Shown here: positions 40,481-52,590 of the stretch, one piece after another
How positions within the stretch are numbered: the stretch's first letter is position 1
How the letters are laid out: every line of letters begins with the position of its first letter
Assembly: GCF_963921235.1 (NCBI RefSeq)
Contig: NC_086107.1
Coordinates: 98,706,001-98,770,000 of the forward strand
DNA length: 64,000 nt
Direction of reading: 5' to 3'
Source of the DNA: Mobula hypostoma
Taxonomy: Eukaryota
The notes under the pieces: generated by a model
The model's input: only the letters and a program-made list of their open reading frames with translations
Databases searched by the model: none
Told to the model about the DNA's origin: nothing
Position numbers and translations under genes: made by a program

Positions 40481-41414
40481 CTTGAAATAATGTCCATGTT
40501 AGCTTAGGCCTGGGAAAGAAACTGAGAGAGTGAGTTGGTAATGGGGACAATTAGAGGATGACAAAAGTGTGATGGGTTATTTACAACAGGTCGGGGTGTG
40601 CTAATGAGGCTACACCGTGCTTTGATGGAACACATGAGTTGTGTTAGGCCTCATTATAACAGCGCGGGCCAGTGTGGGGTGGGGAATTAATGTGGCAAGC
40701 AGCAGGAAACTCGGGATTGCCCCATGACTGAGTGCAGGTTCTCCACAGAGCGGTCGTTCAATCTGCATGTCGTTTTTCTAAATGTGAAGATCACCTTGTG
40801 AACCGAATGCAGTGCACTAAATCAGAATTACCCCTGAATTGTTGCTTCACCCTGAACGACAGAGGTCAGGGGTGAAAGGTCAGTGGTCGCACTTGCTGAT
40901 ACAGGGGAAGAGTGATGCGGGACACAAGTGGTTGGTGGCGGTGGGGGAGTGTTGGACCCGGACTTGAAGGGAATACCATTTCCAAAGTGCTGAAGATGTT
41001 CTGGTGGTGGAATGTTGGAAATCATTTAGGCTGATTCACTGATGAATTAGTGTGGTCTTGCTGTCAGCCCCAGACTGACAAGCTGAAAAGGTCATGTGTA
41101 AACTGAAAAGCAACGTGGCTTCAAGCGCAGCCAGTTTTCTTGTTTAAGTTTACTTTTGACAGCAGGGAACCACAGTCACAATTTCACAACCTCATCTTCC
41201 TGGAAGAGGAGAACATACCAGAAGATGTAAGAGGTCCTGATTTTCTGAAAGAAAGGAATCTTGCAATGGTCTGTGTTAATCTGATGGTGTTAACCACAGA
41301 GGCCTTCCTGCTGTCAGCTTCAGGGAAAATCATTGTAAGGATTGAAGAGCTGCCCCTCTGGAGCATAGTGACTCATTGCAAGCTGCTCCCTGCAGAAATT
41401 CCTTCTATTATAAT

Positions 41415-41876
41415 TAGGGTCGCCAACTTTCTCACTCCCAAATAAAAGACAAAAGTAGCAGTCAAATACGGGACACTTGTGTCTACCCCGAGAAAGACTA
41501 CCATGACCATGAACCCTTGCGCGGGCACCTGACGTGCGCATGCGTGTACGTGCCGATTTTTTTTTCTACAAATCAGTTTTGGCTTAATCTTCCCGATTCT
41601 GCTTTTACTATATGTTAGTGTTATTTTAGGTTTTCTGTGTTATTTGGTATGATTTGGTAGGTTATTTTTTGGGTCTGGGAACGCTCAAAAATTTTTCCCA
41701 TATAAATTAATGATAATTGCTTCTTCGCTTTACACCATTTCGGCTTACGAACGGTTTCATAAGAATGCTCTACCTTAGCAGGGGAAATACAGGACAAGAG
41801 CGGTCCCATATGGGACAAACCAATTTAGCCAAATATACGGGATGTCCCGGCTAATACGGGACAGTTGGCAACCCTA
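41415..41876. mobile_element. hAT-type MITE carrying a captured Tigger terminal segment
   Basis: TIR TAGGGTCGCCAACT / AGTTGGCAACCCTA; perfect 8-bp TSD ATTATAAT (41407-41414, 41877-41884). Confidence 0.88.
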
Positions 41877-42429
41877 ATTATAATCGACCTCAATACACTG
41901 TGTAATGATTTTATCTGTCTGAACTGTATTCATGACATGTGACAATAATATCCCAAGACCATGAATCACACTGCAGGATCTGTCCATCTTGGAGGCATGG
42001 ACATGATGATCATTTTGTGACTACTCCAAGAAAAATACAGACAGTGGCATCAACCACCATCTTGAGCTTTTTTTACACTCAGAGAAGACTTTGTCAATTA
42101 AAGTCACTGTGACGAACCCTTCTCTAAAGCAGCAGTGCTCAAAGCAGTGTGCATCCCACGTTTACTGCACGACGTCGTGCATGTCGTGGTCCTGCCCAGT
42201 GGGTCCACACAGACCACTGCAAGCTGGGACTGAGCAGGCTGCATTGCTAACTTTTCTCAATCTGTCTTGAAAGTCTCCTCTAACAAACTTCCTACAGGGG
42301 TGAAGCTAAGGAACATGGTGAATGGCAAATTGCTAAACGAATGTCACCACCACTCCAGACCCATGCTCATTCCAACTCCAGTCAGCTGCGGGATGCCGAT
42401 GATACGTTCAGCAGCTCAGCTCCAAGTCA

Positions 42430-42810
42430 ATATCAGAATCCGGTTTAATATCACGGGCATATGTCGTGAAATTTGTTGTTATGGCAGCAGTATATTGTAA
42501 TACATAAAAGCTTAAATTGCAGCAGGAACTATTGATACTAAAGATATTTAAAAAGTTAAATAAGTAATGCAAAGGTGGGGGGGAGTGGTGAGGTAGTGTT
42601 TATGGGTTCAGTGCCCATTCAGAAATCTGATTGCAGAGGGGAAGAAGCTGTTCCTGAATCACTGAGTGTGTGCCTTCAGGCTCCTGTACTCCCCCCAACC
42701 CCCCAATGGCAGCAATCAGAAGAGGGCAGGTTCTGAGTGATAGGGTTCTTAATGGTGGATGCTGCCTTTTTGAAGCATCGCTCCTTCAAGATGTCCTGGA
42801 TGCCGGGGAG
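42430..42810 (-). mobile_element. Rex1/Babar-type LINE 3' fragment
   Basis: Homologous to the other copies in the window. Confidence 0.7.
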
Positions 42811-42917
42811 GTTGATTCATTCGTGGAAGCATAGAGCAGAATGGGGCTTATAAAGTTCAGATTAATATCATTTTCATTTAACACATGTGCGTGGAAATGT
42901 ACTGTGAAATGTATACA

Positions 42918-43053
42918 CAAACAAGGGAAACTTTGCAGATGCTGGAAATCCAAGCAATACACACACACAATGCTGAAGGAGCTCAGCAGGCCAGGCAACG
43001 TCTATGGAAAAGAGTACAGTCGACATTTCGGGCCGAGACCCTTCAGCAGGACA
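42918..43053 (-). mobile_element. Penelope-like terminal repeat fragment with degenerate hammerhead
   Basis: Minus strand reads GTC-CTGCTGA-AGGGTCTCGGCCC-GAAA-TGTC-GACTG. Confidence 0.7.
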
Positions 43054-43518
43054 AAGGGAATCCCACATCTACTGCACACTGTCCTGCTAGAGGCTGGAGA
43101 ACTGCCCCACTAGACCATGGTGACTCAGTGCAGGCTGCTCCCTGCAGAAATTCCTTCTATTATAATTGACCTCAGTGCACTGTGTAATGATTTTATCTGT
43201 TTGAACTGTACGCAAGGCATGTGACTTCTAGTCTATAGAAGTTCGTCAAAGTTTTAGATGACCTGTCATATCTTTTAAAACTTGTAAGAAAGTAGAGGCT
43301 TTGATACTGGAATCAAATAAAGGGCAAACTCGGCAAAGGCACCAGAGTTCCTTCTCTGAAGGATGTAGTAAACCCGACAGGGTCTGGTCACCATAACTGA
43401 AACTGGCTTTTAGGAGATGACAGGGTTTTAAGAGCTGGAGCATATCGGTGGAAAATCAGCTGTAAAGTTTGTTTAGAAAGCTTACATCTAGCATGACTAA
43501 TAAAAACAGAAAATACTT

Positions 43519-43763
43519 AAACAACACACATCAAAGTTGCTGGTGAACGCAGCAGGCCAGGCAGCATCTCTAGGAAGAGGTACAGTCGACGTTTCCGGCC
43601 GAGACCCTTCGTCAGGACTAACTGAAGGAAGAGCTAGTAAGAGATTTGAAAGTGGGAGGGGGAGGGGGAGAGATGCTGCCTGGCCTGCTGCATTCTCCAG
43701 CAACTTTGATGTGTGTTGCTTGAATTTCCAGCATCTGCAGAATTCCTCGTGTTTACGTTTTTT
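43519..43763. mobile_element. Short Penelope-like derivative with inverted terminal arms
   Basis: Arms ~43522-43572 and ~43668-43718 are inverted; candidate TSD AAATACTT (43511-43518, 43764-43771). Confidence 0.75.
43583..43620 (-). ncRNA. Minimal type-I hammerhead ribozyme motif (catalytic core boxes intact; one stem II mismatch)
   Basis: Minus strand reads TAGTC-CTGACGA-A-GGGTCTCGGCCG-GAAA-CG-TC^GACTG: stem I, CUGANGA, stem II, GAAA, palindromic ACGU stem III, GUC cleavage triplet. Confidence 0.7.
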
Positions 43764-45020
43764 AAATACTTTTAACAGTTAATGTTTCAGAGTCATAGTC
43801 TTTCACCAGAGGTTGAACCAAGTTTTCAACGTGAACAGATGCAAGGTTTAGGCTGCAGTTAGTAGAGGAGTAAAGGACAAAAAAAAATTAACAGTATGCC
43901 AGAAATTGAATGATATTAGGAATGATACTGGAAGGAAAATGAAGATGGTTATGGGACACGATAAAAACAAAAGATGAATTTAGCAAGGTTGTAAATGAGA
44001 ATTTGAGAATCATCTGAACCTGAACTCTGAGCAGATCATCCAAACAATCATTCACCAGCTCAACAAAATCTTGACAAGCATGCCAAAGTCCTGGCAGACT
44101 TCCACCTCTTCCACCAATGAATATTGGCCCAGTCGAGTGTGACCATGTAACTTGGCTGATGACTCTAGTCCTCAAAATCAGGTTCTGTGGTTATTAATTG
44201 GATCGACGGAGTGCACAGATAATCAATTGAATATGGGGCTTTCTGCCTGCTGTAAATCTACCTGCACAGGTGTGCACATGGGGAGTTGGGGCTGATTTGG
44301 TTTGCTACAGACGTACTTATTTGGAGGCACAAAGCTATAGGTGCTGTAACCTGGAGCAGCAGTCAGTCCAGTGGAGGAACTCAGCATTGAGCAATACCTG
44401 TAAGAGGAAAGAAATCATCGACACAGCATAGCAGTTAGCATGATGCTATTAGAGCTCAGGGTGTCGGAGTTCAAAGTTTAATTCCGGCGTGCTCTGTAAG
44501 AGAATTTGTACAGTCTTCCCGTGAGCGCGTGGGTTTCCACCGGGTGCTCCAGATTCCTCCCACAGTCTAAAGATGTACCCAGATAGTATGTTAATTGGTC
44601 ATTGTAAATTGTTCTGTTTTAATAGGGTTTAATAGGTGGACTGCTGGGCAGAGTGGCTCGTTGGGCCAGAATGGCATCTTCCACTTTGTATCTCTTAATA
44701 AGTTTCAACCCTGCATTGGGACAATTCATCCTGAATGTTAACAATTTCTTCCCCCACCCCCAGCAGATATTCATTCTGAACTTGGGGGTGGATTGCTTTG
44801 TATCATGAATCACAGGCACCATAAAAGCAGAGTACAGGTGCTGTAAAAGGCTACTAGCAAATTAGTATCAAAGCAAGAGCGTGACTTTCAACAAAATGGA
44901 TTGAAATCAAACACTTCAAAAAAAGGAGTTTTCAACAAATTAGAAGCACTATTTTTAAAGGAGCTGCAACTTAGAGGATGAAATTTTAAAAGCCACTGAG
45001 GCAAGAGATTCAAGCATTCA

Positions 45021-45433
45021 GTTGGAGGAGTAACACCTCATATACCGTCTGGGTAGTCTCCAGCCCCTTGGTATGAACATAGAATTCTCCAGCTCCGGTA
45101 ATTCCCTCCCCCTCCCTTCCCCTATCCCTATTTCACTCTGTCCCCTCCCCCAGCTGCCTATCACCTCCCTCATGGTTCCACCTCCTTCTACTACCCATTG
45201 TGCTTTCCCCTATTCCTCCTTTACCTTTCCTGCCTATGCCCTCCCTGCTTCCCCTCCCCCACCCCTTTATTTTTCCCCTTACTGGTTTTTCAACTGGAAC
45301 CTACCAGCCTTCTCCTTCCCACCCTCCCCCCACCTTCTTTATTGGGCCCCTGCGGGTCTTGGCCCGAAATGTTGATTGTTCGTTTCCACGGATGCTGCCC
45401 GACCTGCTGAGTTCCTGCAGCATGTTGTGTGTG
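45021..45433 (+). mobile_element. 5'-truncated Penelope-like element, same subfamily as 37804-38215 but in the opposite orientation
   Basis: LEE*HLIYRLGSLQPLGMNIEFSSSG; the 5' half of the hammerhead is deleted. Confidence 0.8.
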
Positions 45434-45872
45434 TTGGTACAGTTCCCCCCTTTCCCTCCTGCCCCTCCTAGTATTAGAATTCTAGCTCCCAATCGGTCCC
45501 ACACATTCACTTGCCCAGTGCCCCAGTCATTCAGTAGTGTAGGTGCTCCAAAAACCTCTGTGGTCTATATAATTGCTACTGGAGGTGTCCCACTAATGCA
45601 AAGACTAGGCAATTCCTTGCTCCATGCAACCAACAAACAGGCCGTCATAACATCTATTTACTAGTGACTCGCAAGTGATTCTGGCATGATTGCCCTCCTA
45701 CCCTCTATTGAGTGTGGGCAATTATAAAGTCTCTGATCTGCAGATGAGTTTCAGTTCCTCAGCTTTCTCAAGGTCCAGCAAAGTCAACTTACTTGTAGCG
45801 CTGAAAGAGTTCAATCCAAGCTCTTCCTTTAATCACTGAGCACCTTCACGAAGCATGTTTGTGTCTCCATAG

Positions 45873-46014
45873 GCATTTGAAGTGGCGGAGCAGGAGCTGG
45901 GAATTCCTGCGCTTTTGGACGCAGAAGACATGGTGGCAATGCGTGTTCCGGATCGGCTCAGCATCCTTACCTACGTGTCTCAGCTCTACAATTACTTCAC
46001 CAACCAGACTCACG
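45873..46014 (+). CDS. MICALL1: MICAL-like protein 1, coding exon 3 (CH domain C-terminal part)
   Basis: TAG acceptor; [47 protein letters not shown](A); GTATGG donor, phase 1. Confidence 0.9.
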
Positions 46015-46254
46015 GTATGGAGCCGTGGCACCTGTGCACACTTCGGAATGTTGATTCATTTCTTAATTTATTCAGTTAGACCCTCAAAGATTAAGTCAAT
46101 GAAATAAAGTAATTTAGCCCAGAGTTAAATATGACGAGTTACAAAGAATAGTTGCGGTGCTGTTCAAACTGTACAAGTTATTACAGGTTTTAGAAGAACA
46201 AACTTCAGCAAATGTGATTACTAATTGTCTTGTTAAGCAATATCCACCACAATA

Positions 46255-46723
46255 TAGTACTGTGCAAAAGTCTCAGGCATATATGTAGAGCTAGGGTGCC
46301 TAAGGCTTTTGAACAATACTGTATTTGTCAATGTGGAACGGAGAGAGAGTTTGTAAATCTAGTGAGAGTGAAGGATGTCAGTAATGATGAGGGTAGAGCA
46401 CCCCAGGAGAGGGGTGGGACAGGTGGTAGGTAAGGAGTGATGGGGCAGAGGGTGGCACAAGTGCAGACACAAGAAGTCCAGAGACACCAGGCAAGGTCAA
46501 TTGGTTTATTGATCATTATGGAATATCTCTGTGGTGCTTCCCGCTTCCTCTCCTCTCCCGTCCCCTTTTTCCAGCCATGATTCCCGTCTCCTTGCCCCAA
46601 TCCACAATAGACACCCATGTCAGAATCAGGTTTATCATCACTCGCATATGTCGTGATTTTTTTTTGCAGCAGTATAATACAATACATAAAATTACTACAG
46701 GACTGTGCAAAAGTATTAGCTTT

Positions 46724-46766
<43 letters not shown>

Positions 46767-46788
46767 CTAAGACTTTTGCACAGCACTG
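46255..46788. mobile_element. Composite Tc1/mariner-type MITE, copy 3, with (TA)n(TG)n expansion
   Basis: TA-TAGTACTGTGCAAAAGTCTCAGGCA ... TCTAAGACTTTTGCACAGCACTG; same core as copies 1 and 2. Confidence 0.7.
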
Positions 46789-47759
46789 TGTAACAAGGCA
46801 AAGAAGTAGGAAAGAATCCTATTGAAATTAAAAGGATCGAAAGTTTTGGAAACTAAAAGCCAGCAGCAAAGATACCAGTGTTAAAATTGGTCACGCAAGC
46901 CTTAAGGAGTTATTAGTTTTATGAATATGAAAATCAGTGGACCCTGTTACTCTGAGGTTGTGGCTGCACACTTTCTGTCAGCTGGTGGCTGGTTTCTGTG
47001 TCATTCTGCACGTTAGACTTGCAGACTGCAGCTGTAACCTTTGTTATGGTTTGTATTTTAGTGCAAACATCTATGTAAATAGCTTTCACACTTCCTGTCC
47101 GTGTCAAAAATCTACAGGTTGTTTGCATTGACGTTTGTCCTCAACTTTGCATTTAGGATGCACCAGTTGATAGGGGAGAAGATAGATTCTTTTGTGGCTA
47201 TCTGCAGCAAATTGGATAATATAATTACACAAAAAATATAGTCCAATTCCCTGAGTCCATGAATGTTGCAGCAGTCTGCGGTCAAACTCAATACAGCTTG
47301 ACTTTTGCCAAATGAACACTAGGGGCAGCACTGACTCCAGTATGGAATCCGTGCCCCCACTGGTGGTGTGCCCGACTCCAACGCCTCCCCCGGGTGGCTG
47401 CAAACAGGTGACACTGCGGCTTGAGGCCTAGTCCTTGCTGTGACCAAGGCCGTTAGCTCTCCGCTGTACCTTGAATAGCACAATAGAATCTTATGGAACT
47501 TTCTGAAAAGGTAGATGAGGCCTGTGGTGAAGAATGACTCCTCTGGCTGTTGAGAGCTCACTTGTTCTCCCAGTAACACAAGCGTCAGCCTAGAAAACAT
47601 CCTGGACTTGAACCCATCTCCTGGAATTATCACTGCCCTCCTGTGTAGTTTTACAATCTATTTCCTGAAACTGTCAGTGAATCTTCTGAGGCAGCATATT
47701 GTTGAATAATATTGACATGTAATCATGTATTAATATATTAGATTGGAGACGAACAAATG

Positions 47760-48250
47760 AATCAGAACCAGCTTCATTATCACCAATGTGACGTGAAATT
47801 TGTTAACAGCAGCAGCAGCAGTTCAATACATAATCGAGCTTAGAGAGAAAAAAAATAAATAAAATAAATAATAATAATAAATAAACAAGTAAATCAATTA
47901 CGTATATTGAATAGATTATTAAAAATGTGCAAAAACAGAAATACTGTATATTTTTTAAAAAGTGAGGTAGTGTTCAAAGCTTCAAAGTCCATTTAGGAAT
48001 TGGATGGCAGAGGGGAAGAGGCTGTTCCTGAATCGCTGAGTGTGTGCCTTCAGGCTTCTGTACCTCCTACCTGATGATAACAGTAAGAAAAGGGCATGCC
48101 CTGGGTGCTGGGGGTCTTTAATAATGGACACTGCCTTTCTGAGACGCCGCTCCCTAAAGATGTCCTGGGTACTTTGTAGGCTAGTACCCAAGATGGAGCT
48201 GACTAGATGTACAACCTTCTGCAGCTTCTTTCAGTCCTGTGCAGTAGTCC
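47760..48250 (-). mobile_element. Rex1/Babar-type LINE 3' fragment
   Basis: IIKDPQHPGHALFLLLSSGRRYRSLKAHTQRFRNSLFPSAIQFLN. Confidence 0.8.
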
Positions 48251-48383
48251 CTCCTGGAAGATGGCATTTAGAAACCACTAGCCCAGCCAGGTGAATGTGA
48301 AACAGAATCCAGCACGTGAGGCAAGTGACGATTATCTTGTTTGGATTTTGAAGACTGTCAGTAAAATTATTTTCTTTCCACAG

Positions 48384-48484
48384 CTGGTGTTCCTCCCACC
48401 ATGAAGAGACCAGCTGCGATATCACCATCGGAGCCATCAGTTAAGAAAGTGGTCACTGTGAACAAGCAAGTCCTCTCACCACAT
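48384..48484 (+). CDS. MICALL1: MICAL-like protein 1, coding exon 4 (CH-LIM linker)
   Basis: ttttctttccacag acceptor; (A)GVPPTMKRPAAISPSEPSVKKVVTVNKQVLSPH. Converts phase 1 to the phase 0 needed by exon 5. Donor GTACGT at 48485, with an alternative in-frame GTAATG at 48497. Confidence 0.75.
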
Positions 48485-50964
48485 GTACGTCTGTTGGTAA
48501 TGTGTAACCTGACTGGGTGACTGTAATTACCATTGAAATGACATTAGGCCTATATCTGTGATGTTTTATATTTGGCCTGGATTAGAGAACATGCCTTGTG
48601 TGGAAAGGTTGAGTGAGCTAGGGCTTTTTCTCTTTGGAGCGAAGGAGAATGAGAGATGATGTGCTAGAGGAGCATAGCATTAGGAGAGGCATAGGTAGAA
48701 CAAAGAGTCAGCACCTTTTCCTCAGAGCAGCAGTGGCTGATAATAAATGAGTGGAGGGGGGTTTAGCGGAGATGTCAGAGGTTGTTATTTTTTAATAGAG
48801 TGGTGAACGTACTGCTGGGGTTAGTGTTGAGGTTGAACATTTAATTTTAAGAGACTGTTAGATAAACACAGTGATAGAAGGAAAATGGAGGGTTGTGGCT
48901 GGTGTAGGAGGAAGGGATTAGATTGATTGGGTTTAGATATGTTGACACACCATCATAGGCGAGGGGCCCATACTGTACTGCACTGTTTTATTAGCAGCAA
49001 TTTCCTTTGGAAAGTGTTTATTTATTTATTTATTGACATACAGCGTGGAACAAGCCCTTCGAGCTGCGCTGCCCAGCAATCCCCGATTTAACCCGAGCCC
49101 AATCACGGGACTATCAACGATGACCAGTTTACCTACTTAACATCTTTGGACTGTGGAAGGAAACCCATGTGGCCACAGGGAGAACGTACAAACTCCTTAC
49201 AGGCGATAGCGGGAATTGAACCCAGTTTTGTGTACTGTAAAGTGTTGTGCTAACCACTACGGTACCATGCTGCCCCAATCTGAATCGAAGTCTATCAGGG
49301 ATCTAAAAGTGTCTGTCAGGGCCTCACCAATCTGTACCTTTAATCTCCCCCACCTACCCCATAGCGACTGTGTATATGTTTCAGGCCCCAAGGATTCATT
49401 CACCCTGAAGTCTACTCGGACATCTAATACTTCATTTTCAATAGTGACTTAGAACATTGAATAGCTTAGCATACAATTAGACTGCTTGGTCCACAAGGTT
49501 CTGCCAAACTAATTAAATTAGTAATTCACTGCTTGAATCCCTTCCTCTCTGCCTAGGCAATGTCCATATCCCTTCATTCTCTGCACATTCATTTGCCTAT
49601 CAAAGAGCCTCTTAATCACCTACATCATATTGTTTTAGGAGGGGGGGGTTTTCAAAAGGGCATCATGTTTCAAGAAAAAGTGCCGAGCTAAAGCGGAAAA
49701 TCTTGGCATGGTAAAAGTTGGATTCTGGTGAGGAAAGTGGTGAGGCTGAGGATAAGGATAAGCTGGGAAATTTCAGAGGTGTGTTCCTCAAATTATTTGT
49801 GTGATCCGATGCAAGGACACGAAGAAATATTTGCCAATAATCGTGGACAAATGTATAAGGCAACCAATAGTAAGGGACTGCTCCAAACCAACTCGGCAGT
49901 GGTCTGTGGTGTCACATCTGTGTGCCTTCAGTAAAAGTCCAATGCTTTCTCACAAAATCTTACTGTGGCCTTGTTGTACACATGACTAGCATTTAAGTTT
50001 GTTCAGGAACCAAGGCCCATTTATTGTCAGCCAGGATCAGTTCTCACTGCTCTTAAACAGCTACGCATGAATTGGAGCAGAATTGAGAACTGGTGAAAGT
50101 CCAACAGAGTGAATGGACTACCACTTCGGTGCTCAAAACAGCTGAGACAATGCCATGGTATAGGCACTACAGAATCACCCTGAACAGAGCCATTGACAAT
50201 GAGCAATATATTGTATAGTGCCCACCTGGAGATTCAGTAAAACACTGGAAATAAGGAATTTAGCAGACAGTGTTTGAGTTGATCAACAGATCAAGAAGCA
50301 TCTGTGGAAAGAGAATCAGAATTAACATTGCATTAGAATTAATAAACGGGTTCATCGTTGGTTTGATGAGAAATGGAGGAGGGCAGGGTCGGAGTTGCAG
50401 GGATGTAACATTGATGAAGTTGTAATGTATTCTTAACAGAAGAGTGAGCAATGGCATGTCATTCCGTAAACCACAGGTCAGATCGAAAGTTTGCAGCTCT
50501 GCCACACTGAGTTGGTGATGAGCGACGAGTTAATGACAAGAGGACGCTCATCTGTAATCTCATTTGTGGCAGGGTCTAGCACGTGACGCTGAAGGAAAGG
50601 CAGAAGCATTTGCAAGCATGGTCCCCCAGAACTGCCAGGTGGGGAGTCCCTCTCAGATTCCTCCTGAGGTCCCAGCGTCACACACAAGCCAGTCTTCAGC
50701 CAATTCAGTGCTTTCTGTGATAGGCTGAGAGCACTGTTACAGCAAATGCCATGAGATAATATAACATCCCATTTTGGGATTGCAGCTCCGATCAAGCCAG
50801 TCCAATACAATTACAACATTGGCAGCTCCCTAACAATGTGGGGCATTATCCTAATACATCTTGTTTATAAGGTGCATGACAAATCCCTCTGACTAATACC
50901 AGCCAGGCAGCTACTGTCCTCAGTAAAGTGATAGAAGCTGTTATTGACAGTGATATCAAACAAC

Positions 50965-51650
50965 ACTCATGTTCCCCTTAAATATTTCACCTTTCATTGT
51001 TAACCCATGACCTCTAGTTCTTATCTCACCCAACCTCAATAAAAAAGCCTGCTTGTATTTACTCTGTATATCTCCCTCATAATTTTGTATACCTTTATCA
51101 AATCTCCCCTCATTCTCTGGGCTCCAGGGAATGAAGTCCTAACTTATTAAGTCCTAACTTATTAAGTCCTAACTTATTAAGTCCTAACTTATTAAGTCCT
51201 AACTTATTAGGTCCTAACTTATTAGGTCCTCACTTATTAGGTCCTCACTTATTAGGTCCTCACTTATTAGGTCCTCACTTATTAGGTCCTCACTTACTAA
51301 GTCCTTACCTGTAACTCGGGTCCCCGAGTCCCAGCAATGTCATCATAAATTTTCTCTGTACCCCTTCAGTTTTATTGGTACGTTTCCTTGTAGGTAGATG
51401 ACCAGAACTGCACACAACTTCTCATAACATCCCAACTCCAGTCCTCAATCCTCTGATTTATGAATGTCAAAAGTTCTCTTTATGACCCTGTGATGCCACT
51501 TTGAAGGAATTATGAATCTGTAATCCCAGATCCCTCTGTTCTGCTGCACTCTCGGTGTCCTAACGCTCGTCATGTAAGACCCGCCCTGGTTTGGCCATTC
51601 AAAGTTCAACATTTTGCGTATTGGACAGAACACAGTGCAACAATTTGTGC
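50965..51650 (-). mobile_element. CR1-type LINE remnant (others at ~3540-3720, 13690-13950, 48590-48990, 53420-54165, 54590-56200)
   Basis: Typical CR1 ORF2 3' peptides across the copies (LFSMQRRRLKGDLIAVNKI; GLDRVD..MFP..ESKTRGHSL..EMRRNFFSQ). Confidence 0.65.
51134..51304. repeat. 15-bp minisatellite, 11 units
   Basis: 5x AAGTCCTAACTTATT, 1x AGGTCCTAACTTATT, 5x AGGTCCTCACTTA(T/C)T. Confidence 0.95.
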
Positions 51651-51712
51651 AGCCAGATTGTGTATTGGCACTATCATATCTACAGGATTGATTTCTCTAA
51701 CGTGTGTAGTAT

Positions 51713-51995
51713 TGGCCAGCTGGTAGCGCAGTGGCATCAGCACCGGACTCTGAAGCGAAGGCTCCCGAGTTCAAATCCAAGTTGGGCCACCCCCACCACC
51801 CCCGCCCCCCCAACCGAGCACACTTTCCATCCGTGCCGGGTTGAGCGTCGAGCTAGCCACTCGGCCTCGTAAAAAATACAAGGGGCGAGTCAGGAACATT
51901 CATATCGTGACTCGGTTAATCCGAAAGGAGACCAATCCTGACACCACGTGCCAGACAAGAATGGCTGACTGGTGCGACACGATGATAAAAAAAAC
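51713..51995 (+). mobile_element. tRNA-derived SINE
   Basis: A-box TAGCGCAGTGG, B-box GAGTTCAAATCC, oligo-A tail near 51987-51995. Confidence 0.7.
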
Positions 51996-52269
51996 TTCTG
52001 TAGTATTCACAAAACGTAACATTCATTGCTACGCAACAGAAGCCCATAGCCACCAGCCATTTTATATGATTACATTTTCATTGTATCACAAGCTGCATAA
52101 ACTTGCAGTACTTACTGTACGTTGTTCTGGCCTCTGTTATTAAAGGAATTCAAAGACCAGGTGGGTTAAACTTATGAGGACAAATTAAATGGATCTCTGA
52201 TCTCTTCTGAAAAAGCCTTGACTTTAATGGTGGGAGGAGCACAAGGACCTGTTGGTGATTTATAAATGC

Positions 52270-52590
52270 AGTCAGTGGCCACGTTACTAGGTACAGGAGT
52301 GGAGCCCAGAGTGGTCTTCTGTAGCCTATCCACTTCAAGGTTTGATGTCTTGTGCATTTAGGGATGCTCTTCTGCATGTCGCACGGCTATTTGACTTCCT
52401 GTCAGCTTGAACCAGTCTGACCTTTCTCCTCTGACCTCTCTCATTAACAAGGTGTTCTTGCCCACACAACTGCAACAACTGGATTTTTTTTTGTTTCTCA
52501 CACTATTCTCTGTAAACTCTAGAGACTGCTGAGTGTGAAAATCCCAGGAGATCAGCTGTTTCTGAGATGCTCAAACCACCCCATCGGCTT
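52270..52590. mobile_element. Tc1-like non-autonomous transposon fragment
   Basis: Begins CAGTGGCCACGTTACTAGGTAC (Tc1-like end); minus-strand remnant TLKWIGYRRPLWAPLL. Confidence 0.5.

Noticed and set aside
51713..51790. tRNA gene
   Set aside because: A and B boxes are present, but no convincing cloverleaf forms, and the sequence continues into a SINE body with an A tail.
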